Below are positions 23,770 through 35,193 of a stretch of DNA of 37,090 bases, in pieces; position 1 is the first letter of the stretch; the number at the start of each line of letters is the position of its first letter. Both the position numbers and the translations under genes were made by a program. Source of the DNA: Jimgerdemannia flammicorona (lineage: Eukaryota); NCBI GenBank assembly GCA_003990765.1, contig RBNJ01000197.1:1-37090 (forward strand), read 5' to 3'. The notes beneath the pieces are model-generated. The model made no database searches. It saw only the letters and a list, made by a program, of their open reading frames with translations, and was not told the DNA's origin.

Positions 23770-24200
23770 AATCAAGGTCAAGATTTGAAAGATCCACCCT
23801 GATGCAGTCTTGCCAGAATACAAGTCGGAAAATGCAACCAGAATGGACATCGCTATAGTAGAAGAAACTGTACTCAAACCCCAGACAACTACCCTACTTG
23901 CAACTGGACTAGAGATGACCATCCCAAAGGATCATGTCAGGATTCTCAAGACAAGAAGCAGCCTGGCTAGAAGCGAAATCACAATCGAAGGAGGAGTCAT
24001 TGATTCAGACTATACTGGAGAAATTCTACTCATTGCTAGGAACTACAATCCTACAATTCCATTCCCAGTCAAGAAGAAGGACCGATTGGCACAGATGTTG
24101 ATCTTCCCAATCATACAGCCAAGGATCATAGAAGTCAAGAATCTGGAGGAAACGAAAAGAGGAAAGAAAGGATTCAGATCCACAGGAAGAGGAGTATTTG
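23770..24200 (+). pseudogene. Trimeric-type dUTPase domain within pol
   Basis: All five motifs are discernible: ATRMD, TRSSLA, GGVIDSDYTGEI, DRLAQMLI, RGKKGFRSTG. A TGA stop lies at 23786, just inside its start. Confidence 0.93.
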
Positions 24201-24439
24201 CCAGCACCAAGATTACCGAACTCAAGCATAAGAAGGAGGAAAACACAAGCAAGCACAGTTACACCATTGGAGATGAATTCCCACTAAAGGAGAAACTCAA
24301 GAAAATACTCCACAAATTCGAGAATGTCCTTGCTATAGATTTCAAGGATATCAAGGGAAAGACTCCACACTACTATTACGAGATAGATACTGGAGATACC
24401 AAACAAATTTATCAGAAGGCAAGACCTGTCTCACCAGCC

Positions 24440-26640
24440 TAAGTCCCTGTGCCAGCTCTATACTTATTGTACTAAAGAAAGGAGGATGGAGACTTTGTGT
24501 GGATTACAGGAAACTCAATTCAATTACTAAAAAGGATGCCTATCCTTTGGCCAGAATTGATGACCTTTTGGATCAGTTACAAGATACCAGATACTTCAGT
24601 AGTATAGACCTCTTTGCAGGATTCCATGAGATCTCCATAGACCCCAAAGACATTCAAAACACAGCCTTTCTTACTCTAGGAAAACTGTTTGAATACCTCT
24701 GAATACACCCCCCACCTTTCAGAGAATGATGAACTCAGTCTATGCTCCCTTGATCCACTACTGCCTTATTATATATATGGACAATTCCAACATCTATTCA
24801 GCAAATTTCAAAGAACACCTGCACCACTTAGAGGAATTCTTCAAGCTCACCTGTAAAATTCACTTGAGACTGAATGCAAAGAAATGCTACTTTGGAAAAC
24901 AAAAACTCAAATTTCTTAGATTTATAGTTTTGAAAGAAGAAATTCATACAGATTTAAAAAAAAACTGAAAAGATCAACAATTGGCCAGTACTCAAGACTC
25001 TGAAGGAAACACTATCATTCCTGATACTAGTATCCTATTATAGAAGGTTTATCAAGAATTTTGCCCAAATTGCCACTCCAATCTGAATCCTTCTCAAGAA
25101 AGGAGTACCATTCTAATTGACAGAATCACAAGAAATAGCCTTCAAAGAACTCAAGAACTATATAACTATAGCACCAATCCTTGTGCACCCCAATCTACAG
25201 ATACCATTTATCTTATATACAAATACTTCCAAAGATGACCTGAGAGCAGTTCTAGTCCAAGAAGAACCTGGCCAATAATACTATATGATAGCTTATACAA
25301 GCCAAGCTACCAATCAGCAGCAGATGAACTATGGTAACACCAAACTGGAATGCCTTATAGTCATATAGGTGGTTACTCTGTTCAAGTATTACCTTATTAG
25401 AAAAAAGTTCACCCTGATTATAGACTATGCAGCTCTCAAATGGCTATTCAACTATAAGGAACCCATTGGAATTCTAGCCTGCTAGATCCTTATCCTTCAG
25501 GATTACAAAATCACCATCATCTACAAAGCAGAAAAAGCCCACAACAATATTGATGTACTTTTCTACTAGCCCTAATGAACCAGAAGAAGAATGTCCTAAG
25601 GAACTATACTCTAAAGGAAGCTCTTCAGACTATTAAGACACAAGAAGATCTCATCTGAAAAGAACGTCAGAAAGCTCATCAGAGATAGGTAAATATAGAA
25701 GAGAAGCTGTGAACAATATATTAACATTGGTCCAATCTCAGAACACAAGTCCAGGACATACTTAAGAAATGTGATACCTGTCAAAAGTACTAAGGAAAGA
25801 AGAACTATCAAGCACTATTACAACCAATCACACTACCAGATAATATCTTTCAAAGATGGAGAATAGATATAATTAGACCTCTACTAATTATACCAAAAAG
25901 AAACAAATACATCCTTGTATTTGTAGAATATCTGACCAAGTGGCCCAAGGCTTTACCAATAGAAATTGTAGATACCTTAACCATTATAGGTCTTCTCCAT
26001 GGACTTACACTCAGATATGAAACTCCAGAAGAACTTATCTCTGACTGAGACACAGAATTCATCAAACAATATAATTATAAGTTATACTCAAATTCACAAG
26101 ATCTATCTCAAATAGACCACATCATACTACTCTTAGATCAATAGCATGACAGAGAGAATGAACCAGACCATTAAAAAAGGACTTACCCAAGTCAATCCTA
26201 CCAATTGAAACCTCTGCTTACCTGAGATCCTATGGGAAATTCAGAACACCCCTGCTGTCTCCATCAAACAAAAGCCATTTGAAATGATGTTTGCTAAGAA
26301 AACCAGAATTACTGACTATGAGAATCTCAGAAACCTCCTCAAGAAGACAGAATAGTTACATAATCAAGCTGAAGGTCAGATTATCAAAGCCCAAGAAAGA
26401 CAAAAGAAGTATTATAACCAGAAACAGAAGGATCAGGAGATCAAGATTGGAGATCAAGTACTAGTTTAGAGAAGCATGATTGAAATAAATTTTGCTGTCA
26501 AATTGGAGCCCAAATAGGAAGGACCTTATCTTGTACATAATATTAGAGAAACCAGTATCTATTTAAGAAACATAGATAGATAAACCCTGAAGATACCAGT
26601 ATACATCAATTATCTCAAGATATACCTTCCACCATATCAT
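24440..26640 (+). pseudogene. pol: RT, RNase H and integrase, disrupted
   Basis: WRLCVDYRKLN, DAYPLARIDDLL, YFSSIDL, IYMDN (from YMDD); PFILYTNTS (from TDAS), DYAALKWL; VEYLTKWPKA, ERMNQTIK, KLEPK*EGPY. Confidence 0.92.
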
Positions 26641-27066
26641 GAATCAGAGAGTTGATAACCACCTTCAAACTCTTATCCTCAGCTCATTTCAATCACTGCT
26701 GGTCCCCCTATCTCAATTCTGAGAAGTCAATAGGAATACTCTTCAGAAAATCCAGATTCATCAAGAGAATCTTGTCCTAATCAGACAATTGCTACAGATC
26801 TACCAACTCTAGGCCCATTATGCAATTGGAGAACAATTGCAGAACCTCCTAGTCCCAGAACAAATATATATCTGAAGTATCACAGGACTATTAAGAAGAG
26901 ATGTCACTGCTGCAGACAGGCTCTATACCCTTTACAAACATAACTCTGCAGCCTTATTACAAGCATAATTCTCCTGATAGAATAGGTATTGATACAGAAG
27001 ATGCTTATCCACAATGAGATAATGACTAAAGAACAGTCTGAGGACAGACCATCCTTTAGTAGGGGC

Positions 27067-28428
27067 TGATACATATAACAAACCAGAACATACTACCCAA
27101 ATTATAACTTAGCCAGATAATATGAACACATAGTATAGCAATCAGCAACCATTGCTATGAAAAGCTATATAAATAACTAGACTATCAGATAAGGTATACC
27201 TATGTAAGACCTATATATCTGTATAAGATCTACACATCTGAGTAAGACCTACACACTCATGCAAGACCTATATACTTGCTATAGATAGTAATCTATAGTT
27301 AGCCATGTAGCAATCAGATAGCAACCATAATATATAAATTACCCTAGAGACAAGAGTAAATAAATCTCAGTCTGAAATACAAACCAAAAAAGCCTCTAAA
27401 GATTGAGCATTGGTCTCCTTTCTACTCTAGTCCACTTTTTGATACAAAGCTTAAAGATTTTGCTACCAAGTTTAAAAAAGAACTTTGCTGTCTTTGGAAT
27501 TATTGGTATGCTTGCCAGACTAAGCCTGAAGACCACTACTTAAGAAATAAGCTGCATTATTGATTTACTTGTCAGATAAGCCTGAAGAATCTGAGTTTGC
27601 TGCCAAAAGTTCTAGGAAGAACTTCACTACTATTTCCAAGTTATTCACCACATTCCCAGAAAGCCACCTTGCTCAAACCAGTTTCTGACACAACTTTGCA
27701 GTAATCTGTTCATACAAATGAAGCCAGTCTTTAATACAACTTTGCCAAGAGACCCTTTCCAAGAAGCTACCAGTATATGTCTCAGTTGAAGCCACTGATT
27801 CAAGAAGAATCCACACCATCTAAGTTATTTCCCAGAAGTCTGCTAATCCAGGAGAATCTGTATCATCTACTGCTTTCAAGTTATCTAAATTTCCAGAAAA
27901 TCTGCACCACTATATTTCCAGAGGAGCCCACTAATTTAGGAAGAATCTGTACTATCTAAGTAGTATTCTCAGTTGAAGCCACTGATTCAGAAAGAATCCA
28001 TAACATCCAAATTATTTGTTATTCTTAGTGAGTTATCTACCACCTGTATTCTTTCCAATAAGCAGAAGAATCCATGACATTTAAGAAGTCCACTACTTTT
28101 AGAGAATCTATACCAAATCGAGTTATCTGCCAAATTACCAGACCACTCTGTATAAGGAACCCACACTATACAAAGATTACTATATCTACTCAAGAAGGAA
28201 ACCACCAAATTATCAGACTATTATATATAAGGAAGATTGTTATACTATACATGAATTTCTACCAATTCCCAGTTGACTCAAGAAGGAAGTCTATTCACAT
28301 ACAAATTGCTGCTATATCCAAAGAATCATCCCAATAAGAAAATCGCTCACAGATATCTATCTTTGACTATTATATCACTAAACACTAAGGATCTCAGGAA
28401 TCTTAGAACATTTTATTGCTTTTTGACA
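27067..28428 (+). repeat. Putative long LTR with internal repeats
   Basis: Starts TG immediately after the PPT-like tract. TATATAAA at ~27166 and ~27331; 19-bp tandem repeat at 27200-27280; ctcagttgaagccactgattca at 27781 and ~27968; ends ...TGACA before a PBS-like motif. No second copy in the window, so the right boundary is uncertain. Confidence 0.45.
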
Positions 28429-28854
28429 AAGTAACTGGGGGCTCAAGCCAAACTACATCAACCCTCAACCTTGTAATTTGCCTCTATTGAGCCAGATATA
28501 TTACAATAGTATATAATCTTCAATCAGTATTAACAGACTTACTACCAAAAGATCTGATTCAATCAGATCAATCAGACAATACAGACAGCCTTGCCAGAAA
28601 TATCAATAAGCTTATATAAGAATTAAAAAACATTATTATATAATTCTAGTTTCTCTCAGAAGCTCCACCAGTCTCCCCTATTGAACCACTATCAGAACTA
28701 GCAACTATAGTATCAGAAGGACTAGAAAAAGCCCCTTCAAGGATACCCAGACCTACTGCACCTTATTCAAGATCAATAACACTATCTTTAGAATACCCAA
28801 GTATTCCAAGCTCCCATAATAATTCAGAAAGTAAATCAGAACCAGAATTAGAAC

Positions 28855-29245
28855 TAGTGCTCCTAAATGAATCAAATCAATTCAAATCAAATCAAATTGA
28901 GAGTCGTTTAAATTAAATTGAATTGGGTATTTTTGAATTCAAATCAAATTCAAATTTGAATCAAATTGAGGTCTGATTTGATTTGATTGAATTGAATTAG
29001 GTTGATTCAATTCAAAATATTTATCCCAAATTCAAAATATAATAACTCAATAGAAATATGTCCAAATTTAATATCCTTTATTGTACTAGATTCTCTATTG
29101 TAAGGTATATTGAACAAGCTAAAATTCATTAAATTTGAATATGTTTTGGTTGAGTTATTGAGTTTTGAAAAATTAGGGTTTGAATTGGACTTCAAATCAA
29201 ATTGGACCTCGATTTAATTCGAATCAAATCAAATTGACCCTTAAT
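28855..29245. mobile_element. hAT-like fold-back MITE of the 9557 family, right terminus missing
   Basis: Begins TAGTGCTCCTAAATGAATC; same pentamer arrays and palindromic core (aacaagctaaa...aatttg...gagttatt...gtttgaattggac); no closing GAGCACTA. Confidence 0.85.
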
Positions 29246-29854
29246 TTGACCATCTTAACCTTCAATCCGGTCAACGGTGTGTTCGACTCCAGTCTCCATT
29301 TTTGCTGGCCGCGGCATCCACCAGCTTCGGCGGTCAATTGTCAGACCACCAGGTAGCACATTATATCATATAATTATTAACCGATTTATCTTCATTTGTT
29401 GAGAATAAACGAATCCCTCATTCGATGGAAAGTCATGAGCAATGCGACCTTGGCCATCCTCATTGTGGACGATACGGTTTGTTAGGTCATTTAATCGGTA
29501 CAGTGAATTTAATGACGATAAACCGCTCTCTGGCAAATCGGATATTCCCTCCAAAGGTAAATAAGCTTGTTCTTTGGGCACTGCAAGATTTATGGCAACT
29601 GAGAAGGTATGCTATACAGGGCATTATATGTGGAGGGTTGCTAGCATCTATAGGGGTTGAAATTTGACAGACATCGCAAGCTAAGAAGTTTATTGCAGTA
29701 CCATTAACCCGTCAATGAGTATTCGAGTCTAAATCGTTCATTCTCTTGATGAGTCACATTATTGAAGCGTCGCGTTATGTTATGCCACTTCTACACTAAC
29801 GAGTATCGAACATTTGAATTATCTATATACTCAAGACAATTCCGTATTCGCTCC

Positions 29855-31077
29855 TCAATTTTCAAGTTCAAGAGGGGGAGCATTACGACGAGGCAGAGAA
29901 CGTTTGCCCTTGGAGATCTTGGGCTGATCCCACAAGTAATATATGGCGCTCGTCGTGCCATTCGAATAATGCTTGTATGCTGTGTCGTACTTTTCGGACT
30001 TGAACGAATTAATCTTCCCAGATTTGACCCGTCCACATACGTTACAATCATGTAGTCGATGGCGGTGCGGATGGTGGCGCCCTCGGTAGTCTTCGCGCTC
30101 TACACGTCCATCCCTAGCTTGTCGCCGAGGTACGCAATGCACAGGAGTGCCTTGAGGCAATGGTAATGATAACCGTCGGCACGCGAGGATTCTATCGGCT
30201 ACTCGCCCGATGCAGAGATCTGGTTTAGGAGTTTGTTGAAAAGGAAGCTCTTGATCATGGATTTGACGGAGGTAGTGTCGTTTAGATAGTAGTAGAAGGT
30301 GGCGCGTTGAGCAACGTAGAAGGTGACCATGTTACGGAAGGGGTAGTAAGGGAGAGATGAAGGGTGAGCTTTAATTCAACATGTATGCACAAAAATATAT
30401 CATGTGTTAATGACTTTGATTTCTGCGAGTCCTTCTGTCCTTGAACGCTGGTATCACACCAATCAGCCAGATCCGAAATCCAAGCCGAGAACGCGGCTTG
30501 TCCACGACTTCGACCCAACCAGCAACGACTCAACAATATCTTCCGGCCTGCCGACACACGAACCCTTGCCATTCCCACGGATTGCCTGCGCCCAATTGAG
30601 GTTTGGGTTCATCTTGGTTGCTGGGACAATGAACCATTTCCTGAGCAACGTGGCCGCCTCTGCAGCATAGCGCTCCTCACCAAACATATAGTACGCGAGA
30701 GCCTCCGTCACCCAATAAATGACGTGACCCATATTTTCGCCGTCAGGGAGATCTGGCAGGTCCGGTGCGGGCTGGCCGTCGTGCTTGTCCCAGGGTGTGG
30801 GTTCGCCGGCGGGGCATTTGGCCGTCCAGTAAACGGCGTAAGCGAAGTAGTTATGCTTGTCGCCGGAGGGCGCGACCACCTTGGAGTCAAAGACGGAGAG
30901 CGGGACCTGTTTCACGAATTTTTTGGAGCATGACTAGGCTGGGGTCGGTCGCGTTGTGCGATTTTTGTATGTAGCCAGGGCGGTTGAGGAGATGAACTCG
31001 ACCTGGTCGATGATTGAGGCGCCGTGGACGGCCAACACCGAAAGGGTTGGCAGGCTGATGTGCTTCAGGTTGGACAT
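29855..31077 (-). pseudogene. Alginate-lyase-family (Alginate_lyase, alpha/alpha toroid) polysaccharide lyase pseudogene
   Basis: Family motifs PLSVFDSK, PSGDKHNY, LAYY..GEERYAAEAA.LLRKWF, TKMNPNLNWAQ; then WISDLADWCDTSVQG in a shifted frame; then VTFYVAQ, NQISASGE*PIESSR..YHY, LGMDV*SAKTTEGATIRTAIDY. In-frame TAG stops, several frameshifts, probable intron at ~30335-30415. Confidence 0.85.
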
Positions 31078-33216
31078 TCTCGCGGGGGCCATTTGGTTAT
31101 GAAGGAGAGTAGGATGCGATGTTGGCAATTATTGCTCCACCCACCTCCGCCTTAAATATCGTCGAGCGGGAAACCAATAAATTATGCTTCATTAGTGCGC
31201 AAACGAAATGTGTGTTCGGCCTCATAAGGAGTCGTTGGTATGAAGGCTTGATCGGGTATGGTCCGTTCATGGTTTTATGCGTCATCTTGGATCAGGTGGG
31301 TTTAGAAATATGGCACGACGCAAATAATTGTCCTTTAGCGCGTCTACGTGCGGAGCATATTGGGCGCTGGATGTATATACGCCATCGTGATTCGGGACGG
31401 CTAGTTCTGGTGGCAACCCGCGGCTGTTTATTTGGTGAGGAGGACCCTGCCGCCCACGAGCAAGCGCCCAAGCCAAGTGGACCCTTAATTCCGAATGCGG
31501 GTGGTATGACAGCGCGACGCCGATCAGGGTAAAGCCTTTTCCCTGTTGCACAGTAGCGATACTAAGTGATATAAATGCAGGGTCCGCTATTCTTAGCTCA
31601 CCATGGCAACTTGAACAATTATTGTGTGATTGCTACAATAGCACGGCAACCATCGCTGCTCGAAATCAATATATATATATATATTTAGAAAAACACCCTC
31701 CATTCCGCACCTCGATGAAGGCAATGAATCGTGCCGGTAGGAAGATGAGGAAGATGGAGCGCGCCGTCGACCGGTGTCGCAGAAATGAGACATTGTCAAG
31801 ATCGGCTCGATTGTTTTGTGCGTCCCCCACCATGGTACTTTAGGACCGCCGTGGCATCATTGAAGGAGGCCTCATTTGACCTTTTTCCATATCAATCTGA
31901 CATAGCAGAAACGCTCCTACGAAGACGGCAGGGTACCGTTCACGCATTCCAGAGGACACCCGAGTCATATTCGATTATCCGTGTAGGGATTGCTCTTTAA
32001 TCCAAGCCATATTGCGACAAAGTTGGGGACCAAAGCAGCGAGTGTCTCACTAGTTCAGATTACGGAGCAGTGACACTTGTTCTGCTAATTGCCGAGAGCC
32101 TTCTTCTCACATGTCGATTCCACCCTCTTACCTCACTCCGATTTTTAAAGTTTGCATCCCACAAGCAAGTCTAGCTTCAAACGATTATCCATCAAGGCAA
32201 GGATGACTTCACAATGTACATCAGTGAATTGTTTTCCCATCGGACCGATGGTTTTTCAAGATTGTCTTTCCCCGTTGTGGCTGTCCGAAGGTTCCACAAT
32301 CAAAATCTTTGCACGAATGGGCGCTCGTGTTTGTCCCACCACCCCGCAAACAAGGGTCGAGTCACGGGTTCCCGAAACCGATGGTCCACACCACTGTTGT
32401 CGTCAAGAGGTGGTGTCCCTTCGGGTCGCTTCCGCGTCCCGGATCACTGCTTACGTTAGAACACAAACAACTAAAACTAAACCAACCCAGTTTCACCCTT
32501 GTGCACTTAGACGTCATAGTTGATGTACGTACCCTCTTTACAAAACCCGTCTCCTCGGTCACGGAAATAAGCAAAACCCTTTTTTTTTTTCGACCGTAAA
32601 GATTCTTTGAGAATTTCTGGCAGACAATACGCAGGGGAAAAAAAAAAAAAAAAAACTATATGAAAAGGTGGCAACGCTCTGCGGAGCGCAGAATGGGAAG
32701 AGGAAGGAGAACGGGCTCATGTAAGGAAGGATGTAGCGTGGTGTGTATAGGGCGGTGGTTGGCTTGGCGTGGCTAGCCTTTTTGACATTGAATAAAAGTG
32801 CCGAAGATAGACTTTCTCATGATATGGGGCGAGAAATAGATTGAAGTATAATAATATTGGTATGGCTATGTATTATATATATGTGGTATAGCTGGGAATT
32901 ATGTGAAATACGACAAATGAGCTGTACATGGTAGCGAAACCGAAACAAAAGGTACAATAACGAAATGATTCTACGACTATACACAGTCTAAACGAAACAT
33001 CTCAGGTCTTCTGCCTTGGCACAATGCTAATGTTCATCTCATCCGCCCAAGTGATCGGCCAAATCCCGGAACACTCACCCCGCCCCTACCCACCATAGAA
33101 AAAAGAAAATGAGGAAAAAAAAAACTATTTACTATCCTATTTACTCGCGGCGCGGCAATGAAAACGCCAGTTTTTCATATCCCGCCCTTTGTATCCACCC
33201 GCCATTCTCCTTTCGC

Positions 33217-34104
33217 TCACCGCCTAATCAGTCTCCTATGTGTCTTCTTAACCGACACAGGCTTTTTCTCAGGGCACCCCTTATGCTCCCTCTGAGATCC
33301 CCAGCACCCAAGACACAGCTGAGTCCTACATAAATCGCAATAATGCCACGCGGCCTCTGAGCCGAGCCTCGGGCAGCGCCGGTTATAGCAGGTAGCGCAG
33401 AGGACTTGATCGCACACGCGGCAGTCGAACGGCGTGCAGCACTGAGCACACTTGTCGCTTCGAGAACGGCGGCAGAAGGAGCAGGATTTCGGGTTGGGCT
33501 GTCCGATGCGGGAATGGCAGCTTGAGCAGGCAGAAATGTCGAGCGTGATGGCTGGGGTGAGGGCTTCCTGGAGGCCGGCGAGGAGAGTGGATTCGTCGTC
33601 CCAGTCGCACAACGTGTCATCGGGGTGACGGCGATCGACACCTTGGAGGAGGAGTTCGCGGAGGTTTGTTGGATATTTTTCAGGAGTTTCGCGGAGGGTG
33701 AGGAAGATGTTGTGAATTCTTTGGAGGCTGAGGCCCTCGCAAGAGCGGAGGGAGATGGATCGGACGCGTGGAAAGTATTCTAGGAGGCTGGTGAGGAGGT
33801 CTGGCTCCACGACGTTGCCGTCAAGAATAAGGACGCGGACGGCGAGTTTGCATTCCTGTGAGAGGCGGCGAAAGAGATAGGGCCAGATCCTATCAACACG
33901 GCGGTTCGGGAGGTGGTGCGAGTGATGGAGGTATTGCCAGTGCATATCCTCGGTGAGTTCGATGGTGTGCCATACACGCGCCGTGGTCATGGCCAGTTTG
34001 TACATGGAAGAGCAGGTGAGGGCGAGGAGGAGAAGGGCGGGTGTTTCAAGGAAGGAGGCGATGGCCTCCCAGGTTTCGAGTGGCAGGTAGGGATAGGGTT
34101 CCAT
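33217..34104 (-). CDS. F-box protein with LRR-like middle and Cys-rich (multi-CxxC) C-terminus
   Basis: Intact 295-aa ORF. F-box LPLETWEAIASFL...LALTCSSMYKLA...VWHTI; LRR-like VRVLILDGN, FPRVRSISLRSCEGLS, LRELLLQG; seven CxxC pairs. Confidence 0.88.
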   Translation of the reverse strand: MEPYPYLPLETWEAIASFLETPALLLLALTCSSMYKLAMTTARVWHTIELTEDMHWQYLHHSHHLPNRRVDRIWPYLFRRLSQECKLAVRVLILDGNVVEPDLLTSLLEYFPRVRSISLRSCEGLSLQRIHNIFLTLRETPEKYPTNLRELLLQGVDRRHPDDTLCDWDDESTLLAGLQEALTPAITLDISACSSCHSRIGQPNPKSCSFCRRSRSDKCAQCCTPFDCRVCDQVLCATCYNRRCPRLGSEAAWHYCDLCRTQLCLGCWGSQREHKGCPEKKPVSVKKTHRRLIRR

Positions 34105-34754
34105 GGGGATATTGTGGATGCGCGGGGAGGTGTGGGTGCGGATTAAGTTCGTTCTGGAAACGTGGCGATGGGCGGAGGAGATTGTGTTCTATATCTGTTT
34201 CATCAAATCATGTGATCGGCAGCTGACGCGCTGCTGCGGTTTTGGACCCCGGGAACTTCCTTTCGGCGTAGTTGATTCATTTTCTCCTCGAGTCCTCATG
34301 GGAACCCCCGGGAAACATGGGCGCGCCATGCAAGCCGACTAATCCCACCAAAATCACCCATTCCGTTTGCTTTACAACAAACGTTACGCTACGTCTCACA
34401 AACTGGATAATTTCCGTGCGGAAATTTTGTTATGGCTGAGCATAAACCACACTTCTCGGGTCCCTGGACACAGACAATGGAACCTCGGTAGGCGACATGG
34501 AGGATTCGTGATGCATTTTTTACAAAGCCGCTTTTTCTGGGGAAATCCGTCATTTTGTCACCCCCCCAACAGACCCAAACTTAAAACGAGTCATGCTCGT
34601 CTGGTCACACAAATTGCCTGGGACCCTGGTGACTGCTCTCCTCAACGTCATCCGATTGGATTTGTCATTGTAGCTGGCCCGCGGAACGTCCATCTTCGCT
34701 CTTTCCGCACCACAGCCTCTTTGCCGTTTCAGTTTCTATACAGCTTTCAATACC

Positions 34755-35193
34755 ATGGCCACAACCTACACATCAATCCTGTCCCAACTTCTCAACGCCC
34801 AACTCCCTCCCCTCTCAAGCCCAAGTCTGTCAATGATCCTACCCTAACTCCCCGCATCGCCGCTCTCTCCGTTCCCAAGCCAGTCGTAGCGGCTTTTCAC
34901 CTCCTCAACGACGATATCACGCGCGCGCATGACCTATCCCAATCGATGGAAGGCGAACCCGTTGCGGATCTGACGCAAGCCTTTCTGCACCGGCGCGAGG
35001 GCGACTACTGGAACTCCAAATACTGGCTGCAGAGAGTGCCTGAGCGACTTGTGAAGGAGGTCGTAGGTGATGGAGGGAAAAAGGCGGTCATCGAATTCGT
35101 CGATAAATGCGAGACGGTCGGGATGAGGAGTTGGAAGCGGTATAGGCGAGGGAATTGAGGTTGGTGGAAGTTGCGGCGAGGGGTGGAGGCGTG
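34755..35193 (+). pseudogene. Conserved hypothetical protein gene, apparently disrupted
   Basis: The core HLLNDDITRAHDLSQ...LHRREGDYWNSKYW resembles an uncharacterised family I recall from bacteria and fungi. The ATG at 34755 (MATTYTSILSQLLNAQLPPL) is out of frame with the core. The likely C-terminus GDEELEAV*ARELRLV is in another frame and contains a TAG. Confidence 0.7.

Larger units (their letters stand above)
21206..27066 (+). mobile_element. Ty3/Gypsy LTR retrotransposon internal region (gag-PR-dUTPase-RT-RH-IN), non-functional
   Basis: All domains are recognisable and in Gypsy order. A PPT-like tract (agtaggggc) ends at 27066. No matching 5' LTR was seen. Confidence 0.93.

Noticed and set aside
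23810..24442. Stand-alone host dUTPase gene
   Set aside because: It is in frame with, and embedded in, the Gypsy pol between protease and RT.
27200..27280. Short regular repeats as a CRISPR-like array
   Set aside because: Direct 19-bp tandem units with no unique spacers, in a eukaryotic TE context.
31119..32599. Short ORFs between the lyase pseudogene and the F-box gene
   Set aside because: No recognisable motifs or consistent frame. They may be gene debris, but I cannot support a call.
29855..35193. Possible UAG reassignment or editing, since in-frame TAGs fall at Gln/Trp positions while the genes end in TGA
   Set aside because: The same genes also have frameshifts, the TAGs replace two different residues, and the intact F-box gene has no internal TAG. 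Pseudogenisation is simpler.
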